Below, one piece after another: positions 49,601 through 62,450 of a stretch of DNA of 64,000 bases. Within the stretch, counting starts at the first letter, position 1. Each line of letters starts with the position of its first letter. Below the pieces are notes generated by a model. The model worked only from the letters and a program-made list of their open reading frames with translations, was not told where the DNA came from and made no database searches. Both the position numbers and the translations under genes were made by a program. The stretch is from Chiloscyllium plagiosum. Lineage: Eukaryota. The DNA is taken from the NCBI RefSeq assembly GCF_004010195.1, contig NC_057721.1, forward strand, positions 52,081,261 through 52,145,260, read 5' to 3'.

Positions 49601-52600
49601 ATTGTATAAAGCAGTCACACAAGGATCATGTTACCAGGATGGGTAATTCTGTCTTTACTTGATGCCAATGGAAGAGATGTGCAAACCTCAAACTAACTGA
49701 GAAACTGTTCTACCAATCTTTAAGTAGCTGAGGACAACGCAGCCTTCTTCCAATTCATTCCATATAGGTTATGGCATAAGTTATAATATTCCACTTGCAT
49801 TTAGCGAGCAAAGGTCACTTTTTGCCTTAACTGTACAGTTTAGTTTAGACCCTGATTCCCATTTAATTAAGTTTAATTAACTCAAGACTCATGTAAAGGT
49901 TCCAGCATGGTTTCACAAGAAAAGTTTCAGAATCTGTTTGCAAATGCAAACAGCAATTTTATGTCTCACGATACTCTGTGCTGCTCAGCATTAGTTCATG
50001 GATAAATTAATGGCAAACTTCAGACACAAGTCAGGGGAAGAATTTTTGGTTTACAAGTTCGCAATGCTTTATTAATAGAGAGGTGCAACTATTTCCTGGT
50101 ACTCAACAGTGAAAACCCAAACTTCCAAATTAAGCAAATCAACAATGCAGCAAAAGCTTTCTCAAGATCCAAATGCCTACTTTGCTATAGAAATCTGAAT
50201 AGCCAATTCAGTGCTTTTTCAAATCCAAGTTACATATAGATGAACTGAACAAGGAGGAGAATGTGTCATATGGGGAAAGAGTGGGCAAGTAAACCAACCT
50301 TTTTCAGCATTAATATGTAAAAGCTGACTCATGATCCATGCTAGAGTAATTATATTCATGCTGTCAACAAAACTGACAAGTTCATCTGGAAATTCAACGT
50401 GAAATGCAATCATTCTTCATAGTTTGGGCCCTGTTTGGATCTAATGGATAACTATTCTTGCTCCTCCACTCTATGCAAATTTTAAGTATGAATTACAAAC
50501 TGGCACAAAATGGCAGTGAAATCTGTATTAGGATGAATGCCTCTAACTATAAAACTACTAACCTTATGAATTGATGATTTTCAAAGGCAAAGAAGTAAAC
50601 ATCATCCCTATCTGAAATAATTAGATTTATCCAGGTTTTTATGTTCTGCATATTTTGCAAAATTTACTTTCCTGCACAGTCCTCTTTTTACTTTTTCTCT
50701 CCTATGATGATACTTTATATTGATGCATTGTTTTAAATATGACCACAGTACTACTCTCACCCACATACCACCCCATTCTGGTCAACAGCCTGTTTTACAC
50801 CCAAGACAACAGAGTTGAGACATAAGTTCTGGTGCTGATGTGTAAACATTTTCAGCAGCACACTCAGGTATCAGTGGATACCCAAGGGTACAGGTAATCG
50901 CAGGGACGCTGATGAAAAATAAATTAATGTAGAACCAACTGAGAGATCAGCTGATGCAGCCCAAGATCGCAAATGAAAACTGCATCTTAATTGTACCAGT
51001 GATTCATGAGGCCACGCAGCCATAATGGAAAGTGACATGTTTTAAAAACCTTGAACATTACTTCTTTTAAGGGCAACCATTACATACCTTTCTTCCAAGT
51101 GCCTATATCTAGAAGCTCAGATGAAATTAAATCAAACCCAACCCCTTAGGATAAAAAAAAGCCTATTTATTTGTTAGGCAAAATTAGTATTCAACATGAG
51201 GCATTTTGAATAAATTTATAACAGTCATCGCAGAAGCCAAATTACAGAAAGGTATATTGAAAAGCACGAACAAATTTAAAACTCAAAAAGGCAATTGTTG
51301 TGCAGGTCTATTGTTCTTTCCTGCCACCACACCTTTCTAGATTTTTTTTGGGTCACAAAATCTGAATTGAGAAGCCAACATTTCTTAGAAGTTTCATATC
51401 AGTTACCAAAACTTTAACATTGCTATAAATGTGACAATTTATCAAAAATACTCAAGATTAAAATTAGACTAAATTTAAATGTGTTAAAATCATTTTTGCT
51501 GGAGTCAGATTTTGCTCAGGTTTAATGTGTGTTCAATCCAGGCAGAATTAGATTTTGTGTATCAACTACAGATTTGTTTAGCTCAGACAGCAGCACCTAA
51601 TACATGTTTCATTATAACTGTGCCATGGTATTTATCATTAGCTTTTTATTGCAAATTCCAGTCACAATCTTCTAAAAGAACAAATCATCTCTGATGTGAA
51701 CAGCATGTACTACTCCTTACGTGAGGCTTATAAAGACTGGGTATATTACATACAATACACCAAATAACCCTGCAGATTTCCCAAAAATAGACTGTCTTGA
51801 ACAATTAATACCTGGTATTTGTTGATGTCAAGATGTCGCACTAACAACCAAAATGCTCAGGCAGCAACTGGTCTTGTATTACTTCACGGCACTGAAAAAC
51901 TGTCTTTGTGTGCCTGCTCTCAAAATTGTGCAACTGCTTTAAATCATCATTTATAGTCCATGTTGTTTGCCATTCTGGTAACATGATCTTCAACCAATAT
52001 GGGAAGAAAGATATTTTGCATTCAAGCTAAGCAGTACTAAACATCAGTAATTCTAGCTGTTGGTCTGACAGAAGACTTTTTTTTTTCCTTTGTGCTGATA
52101 TACTTCTGCAACCTGAAATAAAACCTGAATATCTCCTCAGTAATTTGTTGAATTAGTAACCCTATAACCATCATAATAATCATTCACTGTAAAAAAACAC
52201 AGCAGTGCAACAGTTGGGACCTAAAAAGCTTTGCAGGATTTCTGCCACTATTAGTGCCTAATTGCTTAAAAATAAGCAAATTACTTTACACATCTTAACA
52301 GTATATTGGAAAACAGTCACATCCAGTAATCTGCCCCAATGCAGGGTCAGTGAGGTTTAGCAAGAGAAAGCAAAAATAATAGGTATTAAATTGTCATGGA
52401 AAACAAAAAAAAAGCTAAAGATTGCGTGTGTAACCAAAGGTACTTACTGTCTGCACAGAGACAGATTGTGCTATTAAACTCAACTACAGATTAACAGATT
52501 TCAACTAAATAATGGCGCCGTTGAAATAAAATATCTTAATGCAATGGGCAAATGTAAAGAACTTCCAATAATATTTTTCCTGCCACATCATTTCAGTAAT

Positions 52601-53082
52601 CAGGCAGAAGTTCATGATTAAAGTTTCCATGAAACTCAAAATCATAATGTGCTTTAAAAAAAAGGAAAAACAGAGGTTGACGATATCTAGTCACTAGCAC
52701 AGTGCATCAGTGTTACTTGAGAAAAGCTAGAATTTGCAGCAAATTTGAGTAGCTCACACTCTGATCGTGTAGCGTGCAGTGGCAAGAATTGCCAGTAGAT
52801 TTCATGGGCAGTTGTTCTGTGTAACAGCTATTCTTTTTGTATACCAGGTTGCCTTCAGATAGGGAACCAAAAGCTGAAGAAACTGGTTTAGCTCCACTCG
52901 TAAATGTTTGATGCTCAAATTGTGAGCCTGTCCCATGGGGCTTTGCTGAACCAGTGTTTCCCAGCTGCTCTATGAGGTACCCAGCCACGGCAGGGTGCCA
53001 TTCCGACAATGCAGTCAATATCAGGTCAAACTGACCCATCTCGTGTGTTCCAGACTTTGTAAAGATACAAAGCAATAATGCA
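43680..53082 (-). other. BBX: Probable long 3' UTR of BBX
   Basis: Follows the BBX stop; AT-rich and free of recognisable TEs for about 9.4 kb; - strand AATAAA at 43700-43705 near the edge of the repeat-free zone, with several more internally. Confidence 0.55.
44523..45630. repeat. About 230-bp direct repeat pair (about 44523-44755 and 45397-45630)
   Basis: CTGCAAC[T/A]GATCTCAAGACCTCACACTTGATATTA[A/G]GATGGTTTGTCATTGAACAGCCAGCTCTTTGGAAGTGCA... occurs twice, 874 bp apart. Confidence 0.9.
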
Positions 53083-53170
53083 TTATTGGTCTGCACAGGA
53101 GATAAGTACTGAGGTTTGTGCCATTTCCTTAGGCTGTCCATCATGGTTTAGAGAAACCGCACGTTGGCCT
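53083..53170 (-). CDS. BBX: HMG-box transcription factor BBX, last coding exon: (R)GQRAVSLNHDGQPKEMAQTSVLISCADQ*
   Basis: Acceptor tttctttcatctgcag| in phase 2; matches the recalled human BBX C-terminus HDGQPKEMPQAPVLISCADQ. Confidence 0.92.
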
Positions 53171-53224
53171 CTGCAGATGAAAGAAACAAAAGAGAATCAA
53201 TAGTACAGATACACAGATTGATCA

Positions 53225-53715
53225 ACAAGATCAACCAGCATTATAGAGTCATAGAGATGTACAGCACGGAAACACAGACCATTTGGTTCAACTTGTCTAT
53301 GCCGGCCAGATATCTAGTTCTACCTGCCAGCACCCAGCCCATATTCCTCCAAACTCTTCCTATTCATATACCCATCCAGCTAATTGTACAATTTCCAGCC
53401 TACCACTTCATCTGGCAATCCATTCCACACATGCACCACCCTCTGTGTGAAAATGTTGCCCTTTAGGTCTCTCTTATATCTTTCCCTTCTCATGCTAAAC
53501 CTATGCCCTTGAGTTCTGGACACCCCCACCCTAGGGAAAAGACCTTGTCTATTTACCCTATCCATGCCCCTCATGATTTTATAAACCTCCAAGGTCATCC
53601 CTCAGCCTCTGACGTCCCAGGGAAAACAGCCCTAGCCTTTTCAATCTCTCCCTACAGCTCAAATCCTCCAACCCTGGCAACATCCTTGTTAATTTTTTCT
53701 GAACCCTTTCAAAGA
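53225..53715 (-). mobile_element. CR1 LINE 3' fragment
   Basis: EVYKIMRGMDRVNRQGLFPR...FTQRVVHVWNGLP with a CTCTATGA tail. Confidence 0.85.
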
Positions 53716-53994
53716 TTGTACTAACACCAAGACTTTCTTGGGAACATGCACATGATGATGGTGCATCTACTAACAACCCTTCTGTATTCAGACTGAAGTG
53801 AAGTATTGAGAATAGTGCATTTACTTTGTATGCAAATCATTCACCTAGATGGTGAAAACAGACTAACATGACATGGACACTACAAGATTACATTTGTGAA
53901 ATTAGAATCTTCTCATTAACTTTTAAATTGGCCACAACAAGATTGACAGGCATACATTCTGTCTCCATGTGAAGCACGCTTTATAAATGATAAA

Positions 53995-54280
53995 ATCATA
54001 CAATCCCTACAGTGCGTAAAGAGGCCACTCGGCCCCTTAAGTCTGCACCACCCTTCCGAAGAGCACGCCACTCAGATCCCTATCCGAACCCTGCAACCCT
54101 GAATTTCCCACGGCCAATCCATCTAACCTGCACATCTTTGTGTGAGGCAACCAGAGCACCCAGAGGAAACCAATGCAGACACCAGGAGAACATGCAAACT
54201 CCATGCAGTCACCCAAGACTGGAATTGAGCCTGGTTCTTTCGCAGTGTGAGGCGACAATGCTAACCACTGAGCTAACACG
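53995..54280 (-). mobile_element. HE1-like SINE
   Basis: Reverse-complement match to 34775-35068. Confidence 0.75.
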
Positions 54281-55229
54281 TGGGCTCCTGCCTTTGATTT
54301 CCTATTCTTCTTTCTTAAATAGCTAAACTAATGGCACTGTTGGAAGCAAAGTAGTACAGGCAGAAAATAATAACAAAGAAAGTTGACAGGAAGTGCTACA
54401 GATACAACGTTGTTAATATATGGAGGCTACTTTTGTAAGCTTGCCCCAAGGAAAGTTGATTTTTTTAAAGCCCAATGATTAAAGATGGAAGACCTATTTT
54501 ATAGGATTCCTGCTTCCTTGAATTTGCTCATAGATTTGTTGGATTTCAGGGAGTGTGGGCGTGGCATGAAGTGAATGAATAGAGTTGGGACAAACTGGGA
54601 GATGAACCTGGCCTTGTTTCCCTGGGACAACAGTGCCCAATAAAACCTCATGTTACAGCTTTCCCACCAATGCTACTAACCAGAGGGTCTTCAGGGTCCT
54701 ATGTGTAAGCCAAAGACTGGAAGCTGATTTTTTTTTTTAATGCTGAGCAAACACACTGGGTGATCAAAGGGAAATTTTGTGGTCTCAATTTTATAATTAA
54801 AAGGCTATTCCTACTGCTCACCATTTTTTCCAAGCTGGGATGGGTGGTGGGTTGTGACCTGGCACATGTTTCAAATGACAATACCTTTGCTATTTAAATG
54901 CTTGTTCCAAATACAACTGCCCCTTAGGTTACTATTTTCACTGGGGTGGGTTCCTGAGGACTTTGAGAAGCAAATCAGGTAGGCCAGTTTATGAACATTG
55001 GCAGAAAACAGGATATTTCAACAAATGGGTTGAAACATTCTTGTGAACATTAATTGTCATAATTAGTTTGAAATGTTAAAGATGCCAGTAATGCAGTAAC
55101 GTGGCCCTCCATTCAGCCTTTTTTGTTGATACAGTTGTGACACTCCTATAATGTAGAGGGAATGTTTATGCAGTTGTAAACTGTTAGCCCTACTTGTTGA
55201 AAGATTTCAGTGCTTTTAACTTGATCTTT

Positions 55230-55800
55230 CTTTGGAATTTATTTTAAAAGCCTGTTTTTCCAGTGGTCCAATGTCCACTCTTGCCTCTCTCTTTCATATA
55301 TATCCAAAAAAACCGTTAGAGTTTTCTTTTATAATACTAGCTAGTTTAATGTTATATTTCATCCTCTCCCCGCTTATTGCCTCTGGTTTCCCACTAACCT
55401 TCACCACATTGTTTGCTTTTGCTCTGTCAACCATGAACACAGCACTGATCGCTGTGGAACCCCAGCACTGCTGATCTGAAAAGAACCCGTTACCTCCACT
55501 CGCTGTTTCCTGCTGATGTGCCAATTCGCTATTCATTCTAACATGATGTCCAACACCATGGGCTCTTATCTTATGACTTAATCTGTTGTAAGGTACCCTG
55601 TTGAATGCCTTCTGGAAGTGCAAATACCACACTGGTTTCCCTCTATCTAGTCTGTTTGGGACTTCTTTGAAAAATTATAATAATTTAGTCAGGCATGATT
55701 TCCCTTTCATAAATCCGTGCTGACACTGCTTGATTAGATTATGATTACCCAAACGCTATGCTATTACTTCCTTAATAATTAATTCTAGTACTTTTCCAAC
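55230..55800 (-). mobile_element. Old CR1 fragment
   Basis: YLHFQKAFNRVPYNRL..KIRAHG. Confidence 0.65.
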
Positions 55801-55850
55801 AATCCTGACTATTTTTCTATAAAATGGCAATACCTTATTAGTCACCTCAC

Positions 55851-56058
55851 CTATGTGCATTTTCCATTGCTGCAACTTCTGCCAGGGCAGCTAAACTGAA
55901 GAATGCTGGGATTGCAGATGTTGTTTGTACTTCTGGAGAAATGCTACATGCCTGTTGAGTTTCTGAATGACTATAGTTGACTCCACCAACAGAAATGTCT
56001 GTCTTTAATGGCTGTTTTTTCTTTTCCTGTTTACAATGTATCTTCTCCTTTGTCAGAT
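55851..56058 (-). CDS. BBX: BBX penultimate coding exon: (D)LTKEKIHC...SAIPAFFSLAALAEVAAMENAH(R)
   Basis: Acceptor tttcactttctgcag|, 208 nt in phase 1 to 2, donor AG|GTGAGG; contains the BBX motif AFFSLAALAEVAAMEN. Confidence 0.92.
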
Positions 56059-57471
56059 CTGCAGAAAGTGAAATGCAATTAGGAAATGGGGAACTTTAAA
56101 AGAGAAGAAAACCAAAAACTGTAGACTCACTTCAAAAGTGAATTACTTTCATTGCTTTAGTCATTCATTTCTATATATCCATTTTTGACAGAGGAATGTT
56201 GACTAACCTGAAGATCTCTCATTATTGTATAATCCGCCAATTGCAGAAAACACATGCAGTGTTTGGTCTGTTCATGACCTGTTTTTATAGGCAACTATTT
56301 CACTTCTCGTGATTCACTATACACGAGAGATCAGGAAACCACATACAGCAAAAAAAAACATACACTTTACTCTAAGATGGAGAAATAACTACCATCAAAA
56401 AAAGGTGCAACACTGTCTTAGAGTTTCTAAGTATGGTCACAGAATAGTACACCAACACTGCAGCCTATTATAAACAAATCCAAAATAATCGCAGATGCTG
56501 GAAAATCGTCAGAAGAGTTCCGAGATAGAGTAACCAGACTCAAAACGTGAACTCTGATTTCCCTCTACAGATGCTGCCAGACCTGCTGAACTTTCCAGCA
56601 ATTTCTATTTTTGTCCCTGCAACTTATCAATTCTACTTGCTGATGCTATTTTTGTAGGATTCTGCAGATAGGGTTCATTTTGAAGTATTTTATTTATCGT
56701 GAGACTTCCTCAGCAATTTATTAACTTAAACAGGGTCTATTTAAATATTTTGAGAAGTAAGTGCAGTTATCTAGCTTAAGAACATGTTTAAAGAATTACC
56801 ATTTAGGAGCAAAGATTTGCCTAGATTAATGTGTAAGCTCGTGGAGGGCAGAAAGCAGGATGCTGAACTGGTAGTCCAGAAGTCTGATTGTAGCAATCTG
56901 TGGACTAGCAGGGGACCAAATGACCATGACAGCTATCAGATTGTTAAAACTCACCTGATATCTCATGAAGATCGTTCATGGATGGGAACCTGCCATTACT
57001 GTTCAATGGTATATCCTGTGCCATATTTCAAGTGTTATTGGAAAGTTACATAGATTAAGTAGAGTTGATTCAGTTTAGATGGAAACCTCAGATTTATTCA
57101 ATAGCTCAGGCTACAACTTGCTGTTACAAACAACAATGAACACAACTCCCTTCTGCTGGACTGCAGATGGCAGTTGGTCATGGTATTTCATCCTGCTTCC
57201 TGACTCATTAGCATATTCAGCCCTCTAATAACAGAGATTCCTTCCTCAACCCTGCCATCCAAGATAAAGTGGCATGTACTAAGAATGAAAATTTACATAT
57301 ATTTGAGTAGCTGTAATACTATTTACACAGAAACAACAATCGAAAAATGGATGCATTTAACAGTCGGTTTAACAAAGAGGTGGCTTGACAACTCTCTGGA
57401 TGATGCAACCTTCCAAAGATTTAGACTTTATACTTGGGTGTTCAAGTTATGAATGAGTTGAAATCGCTCAG

Positions 57472-58381
57472 AGTAGTTGGACCGTTCCATATTACCTGTC
57501 CTTTGTGGAGAAGCTTATGAAAAAAAAACACCTTTGACCACAAGTCCATCAGGAAGTGGTCAGCGCATAGTGTCCTTGAGACCCTTCAGGAAAAGGAGAG
57601 GGTGGATCCTATCGAGCGGTTCCCTGAGCACACTGTCAAAGCCATTTGGCAGAATGCCTCATCACCAGAACTTTCCAACAAGCACCAAGACATGGCTTGG
57701 CTGGTGGTGAGAAGGGCTCTGCCTGTGAGATCCTTCATGCACGCCCGGACTCTTAGCCGCACCGCACGCTGCCCTCGAAGCGGCTGCGGGGGGGGGGGGG
57801 GGGGAAACGAGACTGTCACACACCTCATTCTGGAAAGTGCCTACACAGAAGAAGTCTGGAGAAGAATGCAATGGTGTTTGTTGAGGTTCGTCCCGAGCAG
57901 CGCCGTGACGCGGGACTCAGTGCTCTACAGTCTGTTCCCCGGGATGCACACAGAGATGAACATCAACTGTGTCTGGAGGATCATCAACTCTCTCCAAGGA
58001 CGCTCTCTGGGTGGTCCGAAACCTGCTGATCTTCCAGCTGAAGGGGTTGACCCCGACTGAGTGTTACAGACTGGCACATTCCAAGGTCCAGGAATATGTG
58101 TTGAGGGACGCGCTGAAGCTTGGGGCAGCTGCCGCCAAGGCGCGGTGGGGAAAGACCACTGTGTAACATCTGCCTGTCTAAGAACAGGGGGCCCACGCAG
58201 TCATTTGGGCTCTGCTGACGCCTCAGCTAAATATATGGACATCTGATTGATAAACGTACAGACCTGTATATAAAAATTATAAATTCTGATCTATGTAAAT
58301 GTTTACGTATGTATGGCATGACCAAACTGTACAGACCATCAAATTATTTTATGAATAAAGTATATTTTGAAATAAAAAAAT
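57472..58381 (+). mobile_element. Tx1-type (L1 clade) LINE, short 3' copy
   Basis: zf-RVT region CPRSGC...ETVTHL, C-terminus AAKARWGKTTV*, AATAAA and A tail. Confidence 0.88.
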
Positions 58382-58391
58382 AAATCTTGCA

Positions 58392-61300
58392 CTTGCGCTG
58401 CCTGGCATCCTGTTGCGAGGAGGCAACTTCACCATCTCCGAGGTTAAGGAGGTGGTGGGCGGGCGCCTCCTCGTCACCGATGACATGTACAAGACTGCTC
58501 CCCTGAGACGGATTAATATGTACCACCCAGTGGGTAAGAGGGAACGGTTGGCCGTCCTGCAGCAGTTTCCACTGTTGCTGGCTATGTCCAGGCCGGTCAT
58601 TCTGGCTGGAGACTTCAATTGTATCATTGATGCAGATGGGGGGGGGGGGGATCACCTGCAGACGGAGCGCAGCGTAGATACACCTGGTCACGGGCAGACG
58701 GGTCTATCCGCTCAAGGATAGATTACCTGTTTGTGTCTGAAACGCTCTCGGTCAGATCCACAGACGTCAAGCTGGTGTTCTTCTCTGACCACTGCCTCCT
58801 GCTGGCCGACTGTCACCCACAGGACGAGCAGCGGGCTGGTAAGGGAACGTGGAAGCTGAACACAAAGCTATTGATACCAGTAAACATTGAGGAGCTCAAG
58901 AGGGACTACGCAGGTTGGAGAACTGTGAAGGCCCTCTTTGAGACCCCAGCGGACTGGTGGGAAACAGTAAAAGAGAACATCAAGAGGTTCTTCATCCTCA
59001 AAGGTGTTCAGGGGGCGGGGAAAGCTGTCCCAGCTCCAGGAAAGTATGAGGAACTTGCACCTGCTGCAGACATTGGGGGTCGATGTCATGGAGGACCTCA
59101 AGGAGGTGAAGGGCCAGCAAGCCTCGCTCTTTGCCTCGGAGGCCTCCAAGATAATCTTCCGGTCCAGGGTCCGCTCAGTGGAGCAGGACGAGACGTGCTC
59201 ACGTTTCTTCTTCCAGAAGGTGCACAAAGAGAGCTCCGTGCTCAGCAGCCTGAAGGAAGAAGATGGCTCGACAACGTCATCTCAGGCTGACGTCATGAGG
59301 ATCAGTAATTCCTTCTATGCCAGTCTTTATGACGCGAAGCCAACTGACTGCGCGGCCTCCCAGTCATTCCTGTCCTCTATCACAGAGGTCTTAGACACAA
59401 AACATGGGAGAGGCTGGACCAGCCGCTATCTCTGGACGAGCTGACCAAGGCCTTCCAGTCCTTCGAAAAGAATAAAACACCCGGAAGCGACGGCTTACCG
59501 GCCGAGCTCTACTTTGCTCTGTGGGACTTGATTGGCCAGGACCTGTTGGAGGTGTATGTCAGTATGCTTCGGGGCAGGTACCATGAGTGAATCCATGAGG
59601 AAAGGCATCATCATCCTCATCTACAAGCGGAAGGGGGAGAGGGAGGAACTCAGAAATTGGAGACCAATCTCACTATTGAATGCGGATTACAAAATTTTGT
59701 CAAAGGTAATCGCCAACTGGGTCAGGTCTGCTCTGGGGTCGGTGATTCACCCTGACCAAACCTGTGCTGTACCGGGCAGGAAGATCGCTGAGAGTCTAGC
59801 CCTCCTCAGGGATGCGATGGCCTACTTGCAGGAGAGGGTTGGACACCTGCCTCATCAGCCTGGACCAGGAGAAAGCCTTTGACAGGATATCACACACGTA
59901 TATGAGAGATATTCTCTCCAAAATGGGCTTTGGGGAGGGAATCTGCAATTGGATCAGACTGCTCTACACCAACATTGTCAGTGCAGTCTCAATCAATGGG
60001 TGGGAATCAGATAGCTTCCCAGTCAGATCTGGAGTCAGGCAGGGCTGCCCTCTCTCTCCTGCCTTATTTGTGTGCTGCATAGAGCCATTTGCTGAGTCCA
60101 TCAGGAAGCCTGAGAGCCTGAGAGGAGTGACTATTCCTGGCAGCGGGGGCCTGCAGGCTAAGGCCTCCCTGTACATGAATGACGTCGCCGTTTTCTGCTC
60201 GGATCCGCTGTCCATGCGCATGTGCATATGTGACCAGTTCGAACGGGCCTCGGGGGCCAAGGTAAACGGAGGCAAGAGCGAGACCATGCTCTTCGGGAAC
60301 TGGGCCGACCAATCCTCGATCCCCTTCACCGTCAGGACCGACCACCTGAAGGTGCTGGGTATTTGGTTCGGGGGGCTGGGGCGTGCGCCAAGTCTTGGGA
60401 GGAGCGTATCAGCAAAGTGGGGCAGAAACTGGGCAGATGGAAGCTACGGTCGCTCTCCATCACGAGTAAAAAATCTAGTCAGCAGGTGTGAGGCACTGTC
60501 AGTTTTGTTATATGTGGCACAGGTCTGGCCTATTCCCAGAACCTGTGCCGTCGCAGTCACCCAGGCCATCTTCCATTTTATATGGAGATCAAAGATGGAT
60601 CGGGTCCGAAGGGACTCGAAGTATAAAGATCTGGGCAAGGGGGGGGAACAAACACACCCAATGCCACCCTCACCCTGATGGCCACCTTTGTGTGTGGCTG
60701 CATCAAGCTGTGCGTGGTTCCCCGGCACGCAAACTCCAAGTGTTACTACTTACTGTCCTACCTGTCCCCAGTGTTACGAAGGATGGGCCTGGCCTCGCTG
60801 CAGCAGAACGTTCCAAGTAGTTGGACTGTTCTTTATCACCTGTCCTTCGTGGAGAAATTTATGAACAAAAACACCTTTGACCACAAGTCCATCAGAAAGT
60901 GGTCAGCACAGCGTCCTTGAGACCCTTTGGGAAAAGGAGAGGGCGGATCCTGTCGAGTGGTTCCCTGAGCAGACTGTCAAAGTCATTTGGCAGAATGCCT
61001 CATCGCCAGAACTTTCCAATAAGCACCAAGACATGGCTTGGCTGGTGGTGAGAAGGGCCCTGCCTTTGAGATCCTTTATACACGCCCGGACTCTCTGCCG
61101 CACCGCACGCTGTCCTTGAAGCGGCTGTAGAGGGGACGAGAACTGTCACACACCTCCTTCTGGAATGTGCCGACGCAAAGGATGTCTGGGGAGGAATGCA
61201 GTGGTGTTTGTCGAGGTTCGTCCCGAGCAGCTCCGTGACGCGGGACTCCGTGCTCTACGGTCTGTTCCCCGGGACGCACAACGAGACGAACATCAACTGT

Positions 61301-61718
61301 GCCTGGAGGATCATCAACTTGGTCAAAGATGCTCTCTGGGCGGTCCGAAACCTGTTGATCTTCCAGCTGAAAGAGCTGACCCCGACCGAGTGTTGCGGAC
61401 TGGCACATTTCAAGGTCCAGGACTACGTGTTCAGGGACGCGCTGAAGCCTGGGGCAGCTGCCGCCAAGGTGCGGTGGGGAAAGACCACCGTGTAACATCT
61501 GCCTGCCAAAGAAGAACAGGGGGCCCAAGCAGTAAGTGGGCTCTGCTAAAGCCTCAGCTAAATATATGAATGGTAAACATACAGACCTGTATATACGAAT
61601 GATTAATTCCGATCTCTGTATGTAACGAAATGCAAGGTGCGCCTATGAATGGCACCACTAATTGTACAGATCATCAAAATATGTTATGAGTAAAGTATAT
61701 TTTTGAAATTAAAAAAAA
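58392..61718 (+). mobile_element. Tx1-type (L1 clade) LINE, 5'-truncated and frameshifted ORF2 (APE-RT-zf)
   Basis: AGDFN, SDHC, TWKLN, KTPGSDG, NWRPISLLNADYKILSK, LDQEKAFDR, SGVRQGCPLSP, YMNDV; 10-bp TSD AAATCTTGCA at 58382-58391 and 61716-61725. Confidence 0.93.
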
Positions 61719-61725
61719 TCTTGCA

Positions 61726-62450
61726 TGTTGATTGTTATCATAATGTATGCCTTCCTCACATTCATTATCCAAGCAAATTTTTGAATGCATTTTGTATATA
61801 TTTGGATTTGTGTACAGTTCCGAATTGGCTTCTGCTCCTTCTTTATCTCACCCCCTTTGATGTTGTGACTTTATTTGATCAAATGCATTGCACATTTTGG
61901 GAACCTCTAAATATCTCCTGTATAATTCTGAACTTCTGTCAAACTACAGATTCGACATGTGGATCATGCACCGTCTTCATTTTCTCTTGTTTTGTGAAAG
62001 GTTTGCCCTCTGTATCTCTGAGAATCTGGGACAACCAGGTTTCCAAACATGACCTCTGATAGTTATAGCACACCCATCTCCAAAGGGAGAACATAGTAAC
62101 ATACCCTACACTTTATAATGAGTGCTTTGAGAATGTGAACCATTCATTGACCGAGATGGCTGGTTCTGGGATAATGTGATGAGGTGGTCATTTGGTTTAT
62201 ACTCCATTTAGCACATATAATCTTGAAAAAGTCTGCCTTTTTCAATGTAGCTCATTGTCAGATATGATCTCTCCAGGTGTACCGAACAGTGTGAATACTT
62301 GCACTCGTTGTGTCCACAATGGACATGCTTGAAATGTCCTTTAACTGACAGGCAATTAGAATTTTAAAAAATAGCTGGCAATGAGGAGAACATTATTAAC
62401 CATGGCGAATAAGTCAATTTCGGGCTGAAGGTTCCTCCACTTTGAAACTT
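61726..62450 (-). mobile_element. Gypsy LTR retrotransposon integrase relic, continuing at about 57360-57470
   Basis: The - strand reads FTLFGTPGEIISDN...WSINQMTTSSHYPRT; RVVKPP lies on the far side of the Tx1 insertions. Confidence 0.6.

Noticed and set aside
52713-53144. 143-aa - strand ORF overlapping the BBX end
   Set aside because: It is an alternate frame of the last exon and UTR; a TAA lies between the acceptor and its ATG, so splicing cannot enter it, and it has no recognisable domain.
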